Origin: an uncultured Oscillospiraceae bacterium
Lineage (GTDB): Bacteria > Bacillota > Clostridia > Oscillospirales > Oscillospiraceae
Direction: 5' to 3'
NCBI GenBank assembly: GCA_964618385.1
Contig: CAZUAN010000002.1
Coordinates: 1 to 44,980, forward strand
Length of the DNA: 44,980 nucleotides
Positions within the stretch are counted from its first letter, which is position 1, and the number at the start of each line of letters is the position of its first letter. Below, piece by piece: positions 1 through 9,010 of the stretch. Under the pieces are notes generated by a model. That model was not told the origin of the DNA. It was given only the letters and a program-made list of their open reading frames with translations, and did not search any database. The position numbers were made by a program, and so were the translations under genes.

Positions 1-1630
1 GGCACATCAGCCGGTGGTTTGCGCTGTGGTAGGTCAGCCTGACGCTGCACCGGGGGCACTCCGGTGTCTTCCGGCAATCCACGCACACCAGCGCCCGGCT
101 GTTGCCCCGGCGGTTCTGCAGCAGGATGATCTGCTTCCCGGCATCCCGGGTTTCGATCAGAGCATGGCGCAGGGGTACGCTGAGGGACAGATCGTTTCCC
201 ATCTTCAGTTCTTCCCGCATGTCCACAATATCCACAGCGGGCAGCGGCCTGCCATTATATCGTTCCTTCAGGGTATACAGGCGGTAAATACCGGTTTTCG
301 CCCGGTACATGCTCTCAATGGACGGCGTAGCCGACCCCAGCAGCACCAGAGCGTTTTCCTTCGCCCCCCGCCAGATGGCCACCTCCCTGGCAGAATACCG
401 GGGAGAATTTTCGGATTTATAGGAACGCTCCTGTTCTTCATCCAGAATAATCAAGCCAGGGTCACATGGGGCAAATACCGCCGAGCGGGTACCCACCACC
501 ACCTTTGCGCTGCCGCTGTGGACGCGCTTCCACTGGTCATAGCGTTCCGCCGTGCCAAGGCTGCTGTGCAGCACCGCTACCTGGCTGCCAAAATAGGCGG
601 CCAGCAGTCCCAAAAGCTGGGGCGTCAGCGCGATTTCCGGAACCAGCAGCATAGCGCTTTTCCCCGCGTCCAGTGTCTTCTGAATCAGCTTGATATAAAC
701 CGACGTCTTCCCCGAACCGGTAACACCGTACAGCAGCGCGACGCCGGGCGTTTCCTGCTCCATCTGCTCAGACAAGCCCCGGAAGCAGGTCTGCTGGCTG
801 TCATTCAGTACCAGCGGACCGTCCAAATTGGCTGGACGAATCTCCCGGCAGCGGAGTACCGGTCTCTGGCTCAATGTCAGATAGCCCAGCTTTTCCAGAC
901 GATTCACCGTAGCGGTGGACGCGCCGGTAAAATAGCACAGTTCCTTAACCGCCACGCTGCCAACGGCGCACAGCAATTCCAGCACACTTCTCTGCATGGC
1001 AGCGGACTTGGGCCGGCGGGACGCAAACGCCATTGTCTCCTCGGGGGAGGCGGCCAAGGCAGCAATTTTTTCCGTCCTGTCATGGGTCCGCTGCAGAAAA
1101 TCCGTTCTGGCTGTGATCCATTTTTTTCGCTGCAGATAAGAAAGCACATCCGCCAGCGCCTGTTCATCGGGAAGCAGGTCCCGCAGAGCAGCTTCCTCCG
1201 CCTGCCCGCCCAGATTCTCCAGCAGCTCCAGCACATCCTTTGCGTCCTTTTTCCGGATGGCTCTGTTCTTCCAGGAGCGGTCCTCCGTCAGAGAGATCGT
1301 CTGCCGGGACTGAAACCACAGTCCTGCCGGGAGCATGGCGCGAATGGCGTCATAAAAGGTGCAGAAATACCGTTCCCGCAGGAATGCCGCCAGGCGCAGC
1401 TGCCTGTCTGACAGAATCGGATCCTCATCCAGACAGACTTCAATGGCTTTTAGCCCATCCCCGTCGCCCGCTTCCACTGTCAGCACGATTCCCTCCGTAC
1501 GCTTATTGGCATTGCCAAAGGGCAGCTGAACCCGCAGGCCGGGGGTTACCTGCATCCCTTCGGGAACGCGGTAGGAGTAGGGTTTATCGATGGCAAAATT
1601 CGCCGCAGAAACAGCAATTTTCGCAACCAT
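1..1630 (-). CDS. priA: Primosomal protein N' (replication restart helicase), partial; C-terminus lies beyond the window start
   Basis: Not in the ORF track. Hand translation from ATG 1630 gives MVAKIAVSAANFAIDKPYSY..., Walker A ALLYGVTGSGKT and LIILDEEQERSYKSE. Canonical position after gmk-rpoZ. Confidence 0.95.
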   Translation of the reverse strand, partial: MVAKIAVSAANFAIDKPYSYRVPEGMQVTPGLRVQLPFGNANKRTEGIVLTVEAGDGDGLKAIEVCLDEDPILSDRQLRLAAFLRERYFCTFYDAIRAMLPAGLWFQSRQTISLTEDRSWKNRAIRKKDAKDVLELLENLGGQAEEAALRDLLPDEQALADVLSYLQRKKWITARTDFLQRTHDRTEKIAALAASPEETMAFASRRPKSAAMQRSVLELLCAVGSVAVKELCYFTGASTATVNRLEKLGYLTLSQRPVLRCREIRPANLDGPLVLNDSQQTCFRGLSEQMEQETPGVALLYGVTGSGKTSVYIKLIQKTLDAGKSAMLLVPEIALTPQLLGLLAAYFGSQVAVLHSSLGTAERYDQWKRVHSGSAKVVVGTRSAVFAPCDPGLIILDEEQERSYKSENSPRYSAREVAIWRGAKENALVLLGSATPSIESMYRAKTGIYRLYTLKERYNGRPLPAVDIVDMREELKMGNDLSLSVPLRHALIETRDAGKQIILLQNRRGNSRALVCVDCRKTPECPRCSVRLTYHSANHRLMC

Positions 1631-1660
1631 ATCTGTCCTCCCGTTCCCTGGCAGCGCAAA

Positions 1661-1867
1661 TCAGTTCTTATATTCGTCCTTCAGGTAGCCGGACAGCTTG
1701 CCTTCGGCTACCTCCTCAATCGCCATGGTGACAGGCTTCTCGGGCAGGTCTTCCTGCAAGGCCTCCGCTTCAGCCGCAATCTGACGGGCGCGGTGCGCCA
1801 CCACATTTACCAGCAGATAACGGCTGTCCACTTTTTTCAGCAAATCCGCAACAGGTGGGTATAGCAT
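1661..1867 (-). CDS. rpoZ: RNA polymerase omega subunit
   Basis: MLYPPVADLLKKVDSRYLLVNVVAHRARQI...KPVTMAIEEV; follows gmk. Confidence 0.95.
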   Translation of the reverse strand: MLYPPVADLLKKVDSRYLLVNVVAHRARQIAAEAEALQEDLPEKPVTMAIEEVAEGKLSGYLKDEYKN

Positions 1868-1885
1868 ATTCCAGTCCTCCCAATA

Positions 1886-2455
1886 TCAAATCGTAATTTT
1901 TTCTGCCTTATCGGCAATGATATGCAAAATTTCATCGGCGCAACGGTTCCGGTCGTCGTTTACGACCACATAATCGTACCAATCCCGCTGCTCCATCTCC
2001 CATGCGGCGCGCTCCAACCGCATCCGAATCTGCTCCTCGGGTGTGTCGCCCCGGCCCCGCAGCCGCTTTTCCAATTCCTCCATGGAGGGGGGCATAATGA
2101 AAATCAGAGTAGCGTCGGGAATCGCCTGCTTCACCTGCTTCGCTCCATTCGGCTCGATATCCAGCAGCAAGGTCCCCTTTGCCAGCTTTTCTTCCGCCTG
2201 AGCCCGGGGTGTTCCGTAGTAGTAGGAGGCATGGGCGTCGTATTCCAAAAATTCTCCCCGGGCAATCATATCCAAAAACTGCTCCCGGGTAACAAAAGAA
2301 TACTGCACGCCTTCTGCTTCCCCCCGGCGGGGAGGGCGCGTCGTCGCGGAAACGGAGAACAGCAGATCCGGGCGTTTGTCCATGATCAGATTCAAAATCG
2401 TGCCTTTTCCCACTCCGGACGCGCCGGAAATTACAAACAGGTTTCCCTTACTCAT
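1886..2455 (-). CDS. gmk: Guanylate kinase
   Basis: P-loop [21 protein letters not shown]. Start placed at ATG 2455 (MSKGNLF), which has a GGAGG-type RBS and overlaps the remA stop. Confidence 0.95.
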   Translation of the reverse strand: MSKGNLFVISGASGVGKGTILNLIMDKRPDLLFSVSATTRPPRRGEAEGVQYSFVTREQFLDMIARGEFLEYDAHASYYYGTPRAQAEEKLAKGTLLLDIEPNGAKQVKQAIPDATLIFIMPPSMEELEKRLRGRGDTPEEQIRMRLERAAWEMEQRDWYDYVVVNDDRNRCADEILHIIADKAEKITI

Positions 2456-2709
2456 TCCGTTTCCTCCTCTTTCTCCACCGGATCGCACCGGGCAGACAGG
2501 GCCTCCGGCGGAATGGCCGAAAGAATCACATGATCCGTATCCATCAAAATCACCGTCTTGGTTTTGCGGCCATAGGAAGCGTCAATGAGCATCCCCCGGT
2601 CTCTGGCCTCCTGAACCACCCGTTTAATGGGTGCGGAATCCGGCGACAGAATGGCAAGCAGCCGGTTTGCCGATACCTGGCTTCCGAATCCGATGTTGAG
2701 CAGCTTCAT
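2452..2709 (-). CDS. remA: RemA/DUF370 family regulator
   Basis: [16 protein letters not shown]...SAPIKR...[10 protein letters not shown]; conserved yicC-remA-gmk-rpoZ order. Confidence 0.9.
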   Translation of the reverse strand: MKLLNIGFGSQVSANRLLAILSPDSAPIKRVVQEARDRGMLIDASYGRKTKTVILMDTDHVILSAIPPEALSARCDPVEKEEETE

Positions 2710-2748
2710 GAAACTCTATCCCCTTTATCTGTTCTCGGCAATCACCGT

Positions 2749-3627
2749 TTATTCGATATTCTGGGTCTGTTCCCGGATTTTTTCCAGTTCCGCCTTGATG
2801 TCCACCACGATCCGGGCCAGCCGTACATCCGAACACTTGGAGCCAATGGTATTGGACTCCCGGTTCATTTCCTGGAGCAGAAAATCCAGCTTTCTGCCAA
2901 TGGCTCCGCCGCCCGTCAGCATATGATTCATCTGCTGCAAGTGGCTTTTCAGCCGAACCGTTTCTTCATCCACGGCAATCTTATCGGCAAAGATGGCAGC
3001 CTCCGTCAGGATACGGCTTTCGTCAATGGCGGTGTTGGCCAATACTTCCTTGAGCTTGTTTTCCAGGCGGGTGCGGTAATCCAGAACCGTCTGGCCACTG
3101 CCCTCCTCCACCTGAGTTACCAGCTCCAGAATGGTATTGCCCCGGCTGCGCAAATCCTTTTCCAGGGCTTTGCCTTCGGTCGAGCGCATGGCGTCGAAGC
3201 CCTGAAGCGCTTTGTTCACCACACTCATCAGGTCGGCGCAGAGCTGGTTTTCGTCCACCTCCGCCCGTTCCACCGTGAACACCTCGTTCATCTGGGAAAG
3301 CATGGACACGCTGATGTCATCCCGAACCCCGAAGTCCGACGCCATCTGCTTCATGGCATTCAGATATCCCGCCACCACAGCTGTATTCAGGGTAATCTTC
3401 ACATCCCCGTCCGCTTCCGTGTAAACCGAAATAAACACATCGACCTTACCCCGGGAGATGGTATTTTTCACCGCCTGCTTGACCGCGTCCTCCGCAAAGG
3501 ACAAGCTGCGGGGCAAGCGCACAGAGCAATCCAAATAACGGTTGTTGACGGAGCGAATCTCCACCGTAAATTCCCGTCCGTTGATTGTTTCCACAGCCCG
3601 GCCGTAGCCGGTCATGCTTTTAACCAT
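2749..3627 (-). CDS. yicC: YicC/YloC family endoribonuclease
   Basis: KSMTGYGR, EIRSVNNRYLD, GRKLDFLLQEMNRESNTIGSK, EKIREQTQNIE. Confidence 0.95.
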   Translation of the reverse strand: MVKSMTGYGRAVETINGREFTVEIRSVNNRYLDCSVRLPRSLSFAEDAVKQAVKNTISRGKVDVFISVYTEADGDVKITLNTAVVAGYLNAMKQMASDFGVRDDISVSMLSQMNEVFTVERAEVDENQLCADLMSVVNKALQGFDAMRSTEGKALEKDLRSRGNTILELVTQVEEGSGQTVLDYRTRLENKLKEVLANTAIDESRILTEAAIFADKIAVDEETVRLKSHLQQMNHMLTGGGAIGRKLDFLLQEMNRESNTIGSKCSDVRLARIVVDIKAELEKIREQTQNIE

Positions 3628-4069
3628 GATCCTGATCCTCTTTTCCTACTGTCTCCGGCAGGGAATCCCCTGCAAAAGCTGTAATCGTATAGCCTAAGCC
3701 CGCGTTTCTGACCACCTTGCGGTCATAGATCACCACAATGCCTATGCCGAGTGCAAAGCCCAGGCATCCCACCAGCGCGCCATGCCCTCCGGCCAGCGTC
3801 CCCAGGTAGTAGCCCAGGAAGAACAGAAGCAGCGGCAGCACATACAGCACCAGCGCCGCTTTCAGCACCGGGCCGGAATCCGATTCTACCTTCACCAGAT
3901 CCCCCCGGCGGGCGCCAATGGGATTGTCCGCCGTCAGAAGTACCGTTTCCTTGGCCGCTCCGCAGCCGGCGCACTTGTGGCAGTCCCCGGAACAGGCGCT
4001 TTCCCGGACATGGATGACCAGTGCCGTTCCGTCGGCGTAGGTTTCCTTAACCCGTACCAGCTGTTCCAT
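3620..4069 (-). CDS. RseC/MucC family membrane protein
   Basis: RESACSGDCHKCAGC Cys motif, NPIGARRGDLVKV, LYVLPL followed by two TM helices. Confidence 0.8.
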   Translation of the reverse strand: MEQLVRVKETYADGTALVIHVRESACSGDCHKCAGCGAAKETVLLTADNPIGARRGDLVKVESDSGPVLKAALVLYVLPLLLFFLGYYLGTLAGGHGALVGCLGFALGIGIVVIYDRKVVRNAGLGYTITAFAGDSLPETVGKEDQDHG

Positions 4070-4072
4070 CCG

Positions 4073-5320
4073 CTATCCCTCCGCAGCCTGGACCGTGGCG
4101 GACACCGAGCTGGACTTCATGGCTCCCACATTGGCAAAGCCCTCGCTGAAGCTGAAGGTTGCTCGGTAGGTTGCCGCTCCGATTTCCGCCGAGGAGAAAT
4201 CCACCACAGCGATGATATCATCCTCCGTCAGATTATCGATCTCCTCCGCCGGGCCGCGAACCTTCACCGTCAGCTTGGCGCTGATGATCTCCACCTCCAG
4301 CCCCTCCGGCACGTTAATACTCTGAATATTGTCAATGGTAAAATCCCGGGTTTTCAGGCCCGTAAACCGAACCGTAACCGTGACATCCGTAACGCCGGTC
4401 TGGTTTGTCACGCCGTCCGGCAGGCTGATGGTATATTGCAGCATGTTGGACGTCTGCTCCAGTTCCGCCAGGTTGATGGTTCCGACGGAATATGTTTCAC
4501 CAATCTCCGCAAGCACTGCTTCGCTTCCGGATACCCGGATGACCTCCGGATCCATCGTAACCGTGGTATTGCTTTCCGTCGCGCCGCCGCCGTAGACCAG
4601 CTCCGCCGTCAGCTGCAGCGTCTTAATGCGCTGAATCTGCAGCTCCACCCGGATTTCCTCCACGCTGGTGGTAATCTGTTCCGCGTCCACCGGTTCGCCA
4701 TCCGCATCGCATAGGGTGTAGCGCAGGCTTTCGCTCAGGGATTCCACCTGATCCGTCAGATCCACCTCTACCAGCGCGTACTCAATCAGGTCCACCACTG
4801 CGGCAGGGCCGACGATGGTAACGGTGCTGTTGTCCAGAACCGCATTCTCCGTATCATACAGATAGTCCTCCGAACGGGTGCCTGTCCACTTGACCGACAC
4901 CGGAATTTCCTTGGTTCTGCGGTAATCCACGTTGACATAAATATGGCTGGGGCTTCTGGATTCCTCCACAAACGCGTTGCTGGGTACATCACCGGGATAG
5001 GAAATGGAATAGCTCAGGGCGATCCGCTCTCCCGGCTCATAGATTTCGGACAGGCTTGTTTTCACGGTAATGTTGCTGGAATTGACCTTGTTCAGGTTGC
5101 TTCGGGTACCGGAAAGATGCAGCGTCACCGTATTGGTAGACACAGAGGTCACCATCAGGTTCCGCTCCGTCAGAACGGATTCTCCCTCCATAACCACCGG
5201 GATGCCGGTAAAGGTCTGATCGTCCTCCTGGCTGACTGTGCTGACCACATACAGCCAAATTCCGAAAGCAATCAGCACGGACAGAAGAACGGAATACAGC
5301 TTATTTGTCCTCATGTACAC
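4073..5320 (-). CDS. cdaR: CdaR/YbbR-domain regulator of diadenylate cyclase
   Basis: N-terminal TM (LYSVLLSVLIAFGIWLYV), repeated beta-rich YbbR-like domains (VTIVGP, IRVSGS, VKVRGP); overlaps the cdaA stop. Start could be 5314. Confidence 0.85.
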   Translation of the reverse strand: MYMRTNKLYSVLLSVLIAFGIWLYVVSTVSQEDDQTFTGIPVVMEGESVLTERNLMVTSVSTNTVTLHLSGTRSNLNKVNSSNITVKTSLSEIYEPGERIALSYSISYPGDVPSNAFVEESRSPSHIYVNVDYRRTKEIPVSVKWTGTRSEDYLYDTENAVLDNSTVTIVGPAAVVDLIEYALVEVDLTDQVESLSESLRYTLCDADGEPVDAEQITTSVEEIRVELQIQRIKTLQLTAELVYGGGATESNTTVTMDPEVIRVSGSEAVLAEIGETYSVGTINLAELEQTSNMLQYTISLPDGVTNQTGVTDVTVTVRFTGLKTRDFTIDNIQSINVPEGLEVEIISAKLTVKVRGPAEEIDNLTEDDIIAVVDFSSAEIGAATYRATFSFSEGFANVGAMKSSSVSATVQAAEG

Positions 5321-6179
5321 CAGCCTCCTTGTCCTTGCTGATAATCCGTTTCAGAATGCGCTTCGGAGACTTCGCAGGCAGGTCTTCCGGCTCCGAAGGA
5401 CACAGCTCCTTTCGCAGAAGCTTTTCCAGCGTCTGAGGCGCCAGGTGGCGCTTGAGCATACCACCCATCGCCACAGAAATGGTGCCGTTTTCCTCAGAAA
5501 TGATAACCACCACCGCGTCGGATGCCTCGCTCATGCCCACGCCGGCGCGGTGCCGGGTGCCCAGGTCGGCGCTCAGACGATAATTCTCGGACAGCGGCAG
5601 CACACAACCGGCAGCGGCCACCCGGCCGTCGCGGATAATGACAGCGCCATCATGCAGCGGGGAATTTTTAAAGAAAATATTGCGCAGCAGCTGCTCGGAA
5701 ACCTGGCCGTCGATCTGGGTTCCGGTTTTGAAATATTCGTCCAGGCGCTGCTCCCGGGCAAAAACGATCAAAGCGCCCACTTTTTCCTGGCTCATAATCT
5801 CGCAGGCCTGGACCGTCTGGCTGATCACGCCCTCCATTTCCTGAACAGGCTTGGAAGCACCAAAGAGGGAGCCGACCTTAACACTGCCCAGATGGTCCAG
5901 CATCCGCCGCAGCTCCGGCTGAAACAGCACAACGAAGGCCAGAAGGCCGATTGCCAGGAACTCGTTCAGAATCCAGCTCAGGGTGTGCATCTTCATGGCG
6001 TCGGTCAGCCAGGCAAGAACCACCACAGCAAGCACCGTTCGGGCAAGACGCATCACCTGGGGAGTGCGGATCAAAGGCAGCAATTTGTAGATCAGAAAAG
6101 CTACCACTATAATATCCAGATAATCCGACCATTGCATTCTGGTTACGGTCTGAAAAAGCTCCTCTATGACTTCTATCAC
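5301..6179 (-). CDS. cdaA: Diadenylate cyclase CdaA (DacA)
   Basis: Three TM helices, VLFQPELRRML, catalytic motifs PLHDGAVII and LGTRHRAG. Confidence 0.95.
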   Translation of the reverse strand: MIEVIEELFQTVTRMQWSDYLDIIVVAFLIYKLLPLIRTPQVMRLARTVLAVVVLAWLTDAMKMHTLSWILNEFLAIGLLAFVVLFQPELRRMLDHLGSVKVGSLFGASKPVQEMEGVISQTVQACEIMSQEKVGALIVFAREQRLDEYFKTGTQIDGQVSEQLLRNIFFKNSPLHDGAVIIRDGRVAAAGCVLPLSENYRLSADLGTRHRAGVGMSEASDAVVVIISEENGTISVAMGGMLKRHLAPQTLEKLLRKELCPSEPEDLPAKSPKRILKRIISKDKEAGVHEDK

Positions 6180-6255
6180 GTCGCTCAGTCTCCTTTTATG
6201 TCAACTGTTCCCCAGTGTAAAATACGCCATTGCATACTTACCTATTTTCTGCTTT

Positions 6256-6284
6256 ATTATAGCGGATTCCTGCTCCAATGGCAA
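6256..6284 (-). promoter_or_regulatory. SigA-type promoter for the cdaA operon
   Basis: Minus strand TTGCCA-17 bp-TATAAT. Confidence 0.7.
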
Positions 6285-6303
6285 TAGACATTCTGTAAAA
6301 AAA

Positions 6304-7413
6304 TTATTTCCGAAACGGTGATAATTTGGATGCCGCACGGAGCAGTCCCTCTGTCTGGGCGGAATTGGCGTCGTGGCCGAAGCTGACCCGCACGGTTCCC
6401 GTTTCCAGCGTTCCGGCGCTTTCATGGGCATATGGCGCACAGTGCAGTCCCGCCCGGACCGCCACGCCCTGCTTTGCCAGCAATTGCGCCGCCTCCTCGC
6501 AGTCCATTCCGGCACGGAACGATACCGTCGAAGCCTGATGCTCACCGGAAAAAACCTGCATTCCCAGCCTTTGCAGCCCAATGACGCACCGGTTCCGCTG
6601 CCGGTTTTCCCTGCGGAAAATCGTTTCCGTTCCCATCTGCTTTACATAGCGCAGGCCCTCCGTCAGTCCCGCGTAGCCATATACATTCAGCGTTCCCGCT
6701 TCCAGGCGGTCAGGCAGGTCATCCGGCATATCCTGCTTCGCAGACATGCTGCCCGTACCACCATACAGCAGCGGCTGCGCCTGCCCCGCGCACAGCAGCA
6801 GTCCCGTTCCCTGGGGCCCCAGCAGCCCCTTATGTCCCGGCATGGCAATAAAATCCGCTCCCAGCGCCTTCAGCTTTACGGGCAGCGCACCCGCTGACTG
6901 GGCCGCATCAAGGATAAACGGAACGCCCCGCATTTTGCACAGCGCGGCCAGCTCCTCCACTGGCAGAATGTAGCCGAACACATTGGAAACGTGGGTAAAA
7001 ACGGCTGCTTCCGCTCCCTGTCGAAGCGCTCTGTCAAAGTCCTCCAACGTGTCGTCCCAATCAAACAGCTTTCGCCCTGCCACGGCGATTTCCGCCTTCA
7101 GCCCATGCAGCGGTCGGGTCACGGCGTTGTGCTCAAATCCCGATATTACCACCCGGCTTCCCGGCCTGACAAGAGTCCGAATGGCAATATTCAGCCCATG
7201 GGTACAATTGGCGGTCAGCGCCACCTGCTCCGGCCGGCAGTCAAACAGCTCCGCAGCGGCTTCCCGACAGCGGTAAATCTGCCGGGAAGCCTCCATTGCG
7301 GCGCGGTAGCCGCCCCGTCCGGGGTTGGCGCAGCTGCGCATCGCCCGTTCCACCGCCCGGTACACCGCCTGGGGCTTGTGGAAAGAGGTAGCCCCATTGT
7401 CCAGATAAATCAT
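6304..7413 (-). CDS. Cysteine desulfurase / selenocysteine lyase family (aminotransferase class V, PLP)
   Basis: Start at ATG 7413 (MIYLDNGATS); DAAQSAG, PGHKGLLGP (PLP Lys), VRAGLHCAP (catalytic Cys), GTVRVSFG. Confidence 0.9.
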   Translation of the reverse strand: MIYLDNGATSFHKPQAVYRAVERAMRSCANPGRGGYRAAMEASRQIYRCREAAAELFDCRPEQVALTANCTHGLNIAIRTLVRPGSRVVISGFEHNAVTRPLHGLKAEIAVAGRKLFDWDDTLEDFDRALRQGAEAAVFTHVSNVFGYILPVEELAALCKMRGVPFILDAAQSAGALPVKLKALGADFIAMPGHKGLLGPQGTGLLLCAGQAQPLLYGGTGSMSAKQDMPDDLPDRLEAGTLNVYGYAGLTEGLRYVKQMGTETIFRRENRQRNRCVIGLQRLGMQVFSGEHQASTVSFRAGMDCEEAAQLLAKQGVAVRAGLHCAPYAHESAGTLETGTVRVSFGHDANSAQTEGLLRAASKLSPFRK

Positions 7414-7664
7414 ACTGTCAGCTCCTCCAGCTGCCCGTCTCCCCGCTGGGCATAGACCTTCCGCAGGGGTATCCGGTTCTCCCGCAGCAGATCCACCGCC
7501 TGACGGATGTCCTCTCCCCAAAGCCGCAATGCATACCCGCAGCCCTGCTCCTCCATCCACCGGGGTGTTCGCTGGAGGCTGCTGCGGATTCCCCGTCTGT
7601 TCAGAAGCCGTTCTCCCTGCTGGGCAAAGGTCACGGACCGAAAGGTAATAAAATAAAACTTCAT
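7410..7664 (-). CDS. DUF3343 (putative Se/S carrier-like) small protein
   Basis: MKFYFITFRSVTFAQQGERLL...TPRWMEEQGCGYAL, GGAGG RBS; overlaps the desulfurase start by 4 bp. Confidence 0.75.
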   Translation of the reverse strand: MKFYFITFRSVTFAQQGERLLNRRGIRSSLQRTPRWMEEQGCGYALRLWGEDIRQAVDLLRENRIPLRKVYAQRGDGQLEELTV

Positions 7665-7683
7665 ACGCAAAACCTCCCTGCAC

Positions 7684-7712
7684 AATCTATGCCCGGGAGG
7701 TCGAATCCGTGC
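7684..7712 (-). promoter_or_regulatory. Candidate sporulation (SigK-like) promoter
   Basis: Minus strand GCAC-17 bp-CATAGATT just upstream of the DUF3343 RBS. Confidence 0.45.
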
Positions 7713-7790
7713 ATTTCCTGGGCGCGCTTTGAAAAACCGGGCAGAATTGCCGGGAGCTGTTCGGGCCGCGCTCTGTTTGACCGGAATTTG

Positions 7791-7820
7791 AAAAAAGGAC
7801 TCCCGAAGCTTCGGGAGTCC
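7791..7820 (-). terminator. Intrinsic terminator of fba
   Basis: GGACTCCCGAA-GC-TTCGGGAGTCC hairpin followed by T6 on the minus strand. Confidence 0.85.
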
Positions 7821-7843
7821 ACATGTTTGCAATCGGGCAGCGC

Positions 7844-8812
7844 TCAGGCTTTGCCGGCACAGCCCAGAACGTCCACCAGCTTGTGGCGAACCAGTTCCTT
7901 GATATTGGCCCGGGCGGGCTTCAGATACTCGCGGGGATCGAACTTGTCGGGATGCTCGCAGAAGAACTGACGGATCGATCCTGTCATAGCCAGGCGCAGA
8001 TCGGAGTCGATGTTGATCTTGCACACGGACAGCTCGGCAGCGTGACGCAGCTGCTCCTCGGGGATGCCGACGGCGTCGGGCATCTTGCCGCCGTTCTCGT
8101 TGATCATCTTCACATAGTTCTGGGGAACGGAGGAAGAACCGTGCAGCACGATGGGGAAGCCGGGCAGACGGCGGGAAACCTCCTCCAGCACATCGAAGCG
8201 AAGGGGAGGCGGAACCAGAATGCCCTGCTCATTGCGGGTGCATTGGGCGGCGGTGAACTTGTAAGCGCCATGGCTGGTGCCGATGGCAATGGCCAGGGAA
8301 TCGCAGCCGGTCTTGGAAACAAACTCCTCGACCTCCTCCGGGTGGGTGTAGGAAGCGGCATCTGCGGCGACCTTCACCTCATCCTCGATGCCGGCCAGAG
8401 TACCCAGCTCGGCCTCGACCACGACGCCGTGGTCATGGGCATACTCGACAACCTTCTTGGTGATCTCGACGTTCTCGGCAAAGGGCTTGCTGGAAGCGTC
8501 GATCATGACGGAGGTAAAGCCGCCGTCGATGCAGGCCTTGCAGGTTTCGAAATCGGGGCCATGATCCAGGTGCAGGGCAATGGGAATCTCGGGACACTCG
8601 ATGACAGCGGCCTCCACCAGCTTCACCAGATAGGTATGGTTGGCATAGGCCCGGGCACCCTTGGAAACCTGCAGGATGACAGGAGCCTTCTCCTCGCGGC
8701 AGGCCTCCGTAATGCCCTGAACGATTTCCATGTTGTTGACGTTGAAAGCGCCGATGGCGTAACCGCCGTCATAGGCCTTCCGGAACATCTCGGTAGTAGT
8801 AACAAGAGCCAT
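7844..8812 (-). CDS. fba: Class II fructose-1,6-bisphosphate aldolase
   Basis: GAFNVNNME, ALHLDHG, SVMIDAS, AIGTSHGAYK, VLHGSS, KINIDSDLR, FDPREYL. Confidence 0.97.
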   Translation of the reverse strand: MALVTTTEMFRKAYDGGYAIGAFNVNNMEIVQGITEACREEKAPVILQVSKGARAYANHTYLVKLVEAAVIECPEIPIALHLDHGPDFETCKACIDGGFTSVMIDASSKPFAENVEITKKVVEYAHDHGVVVEAELGTLAGIEDEVKVAADAASYTHPEEVEEFVSKTGCDSLAIAIGTSHGAYKFTAAQCTRNEQGILVPPPLRFDVLEEVSRRLPGFPIVLHGSSSVPQNYVKMINENGGKMPDAVGIPEEQLRHAAELSVCKINIDSDLRLAMTGSIRQFFCEHPDKFDPREYLKPARANIKELVRHKLVDVLGCAGKA

Positions 8813-8864
8813 TGGGAATCAGTCCTTTCTTATTATGGCGGGCTTGCGCCCGCACTTTTTGATA

Positions 8865-8893
8865 ATTATAACACATTTTCCTTTTTATTTCAA
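8865..8893 (-). promoter_or_regulatory. SigA promoter for fba
   Basis: Minus strand TTGAAA-17 bp-TATAAT with an extended TG. Confidence 0.75.
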
Positions 8894-8902
8894 TAAAAAT
8901 AT

Positions 8903-8931
8903 TTGCCATCTGCCCGTCTTTATGTTATAAT
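8903..8931 (+). promoter_or_regulatory. SigA promoter for pfk
   Basis: TTGCCA-17 bp-TATAAT with TGn extended -10; a second TGcTATAAT lies at 8975-8983. Confidence 0.75.
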
Positions 8932-9010
8932 TTAAGTAAGTGGAGTTTGTTTGAGCAAATCCAACAAACCCGGATGCTATAATATATCATTTTTACTGGA
9001 GGTAATTTCT

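Noticed and set aside
14-1411. Long + strand ORF (465 aa) and other long antisense ORFs (7823-8896, 10322-11791, 14988-16085, 26721-29243, 33499-34674, 41803-43164)
   Set aside because: Each lies opposite a well-supported gene and has no recognisable motif; these are shadow ORFs expected from high-GC codon bias.
6304-7664. Selenoprotein (UGA readthrough) in the desulfurase/DUF3343 pair
   Set aside because: No internal TGA; the active-site residues are encoded as Cys.
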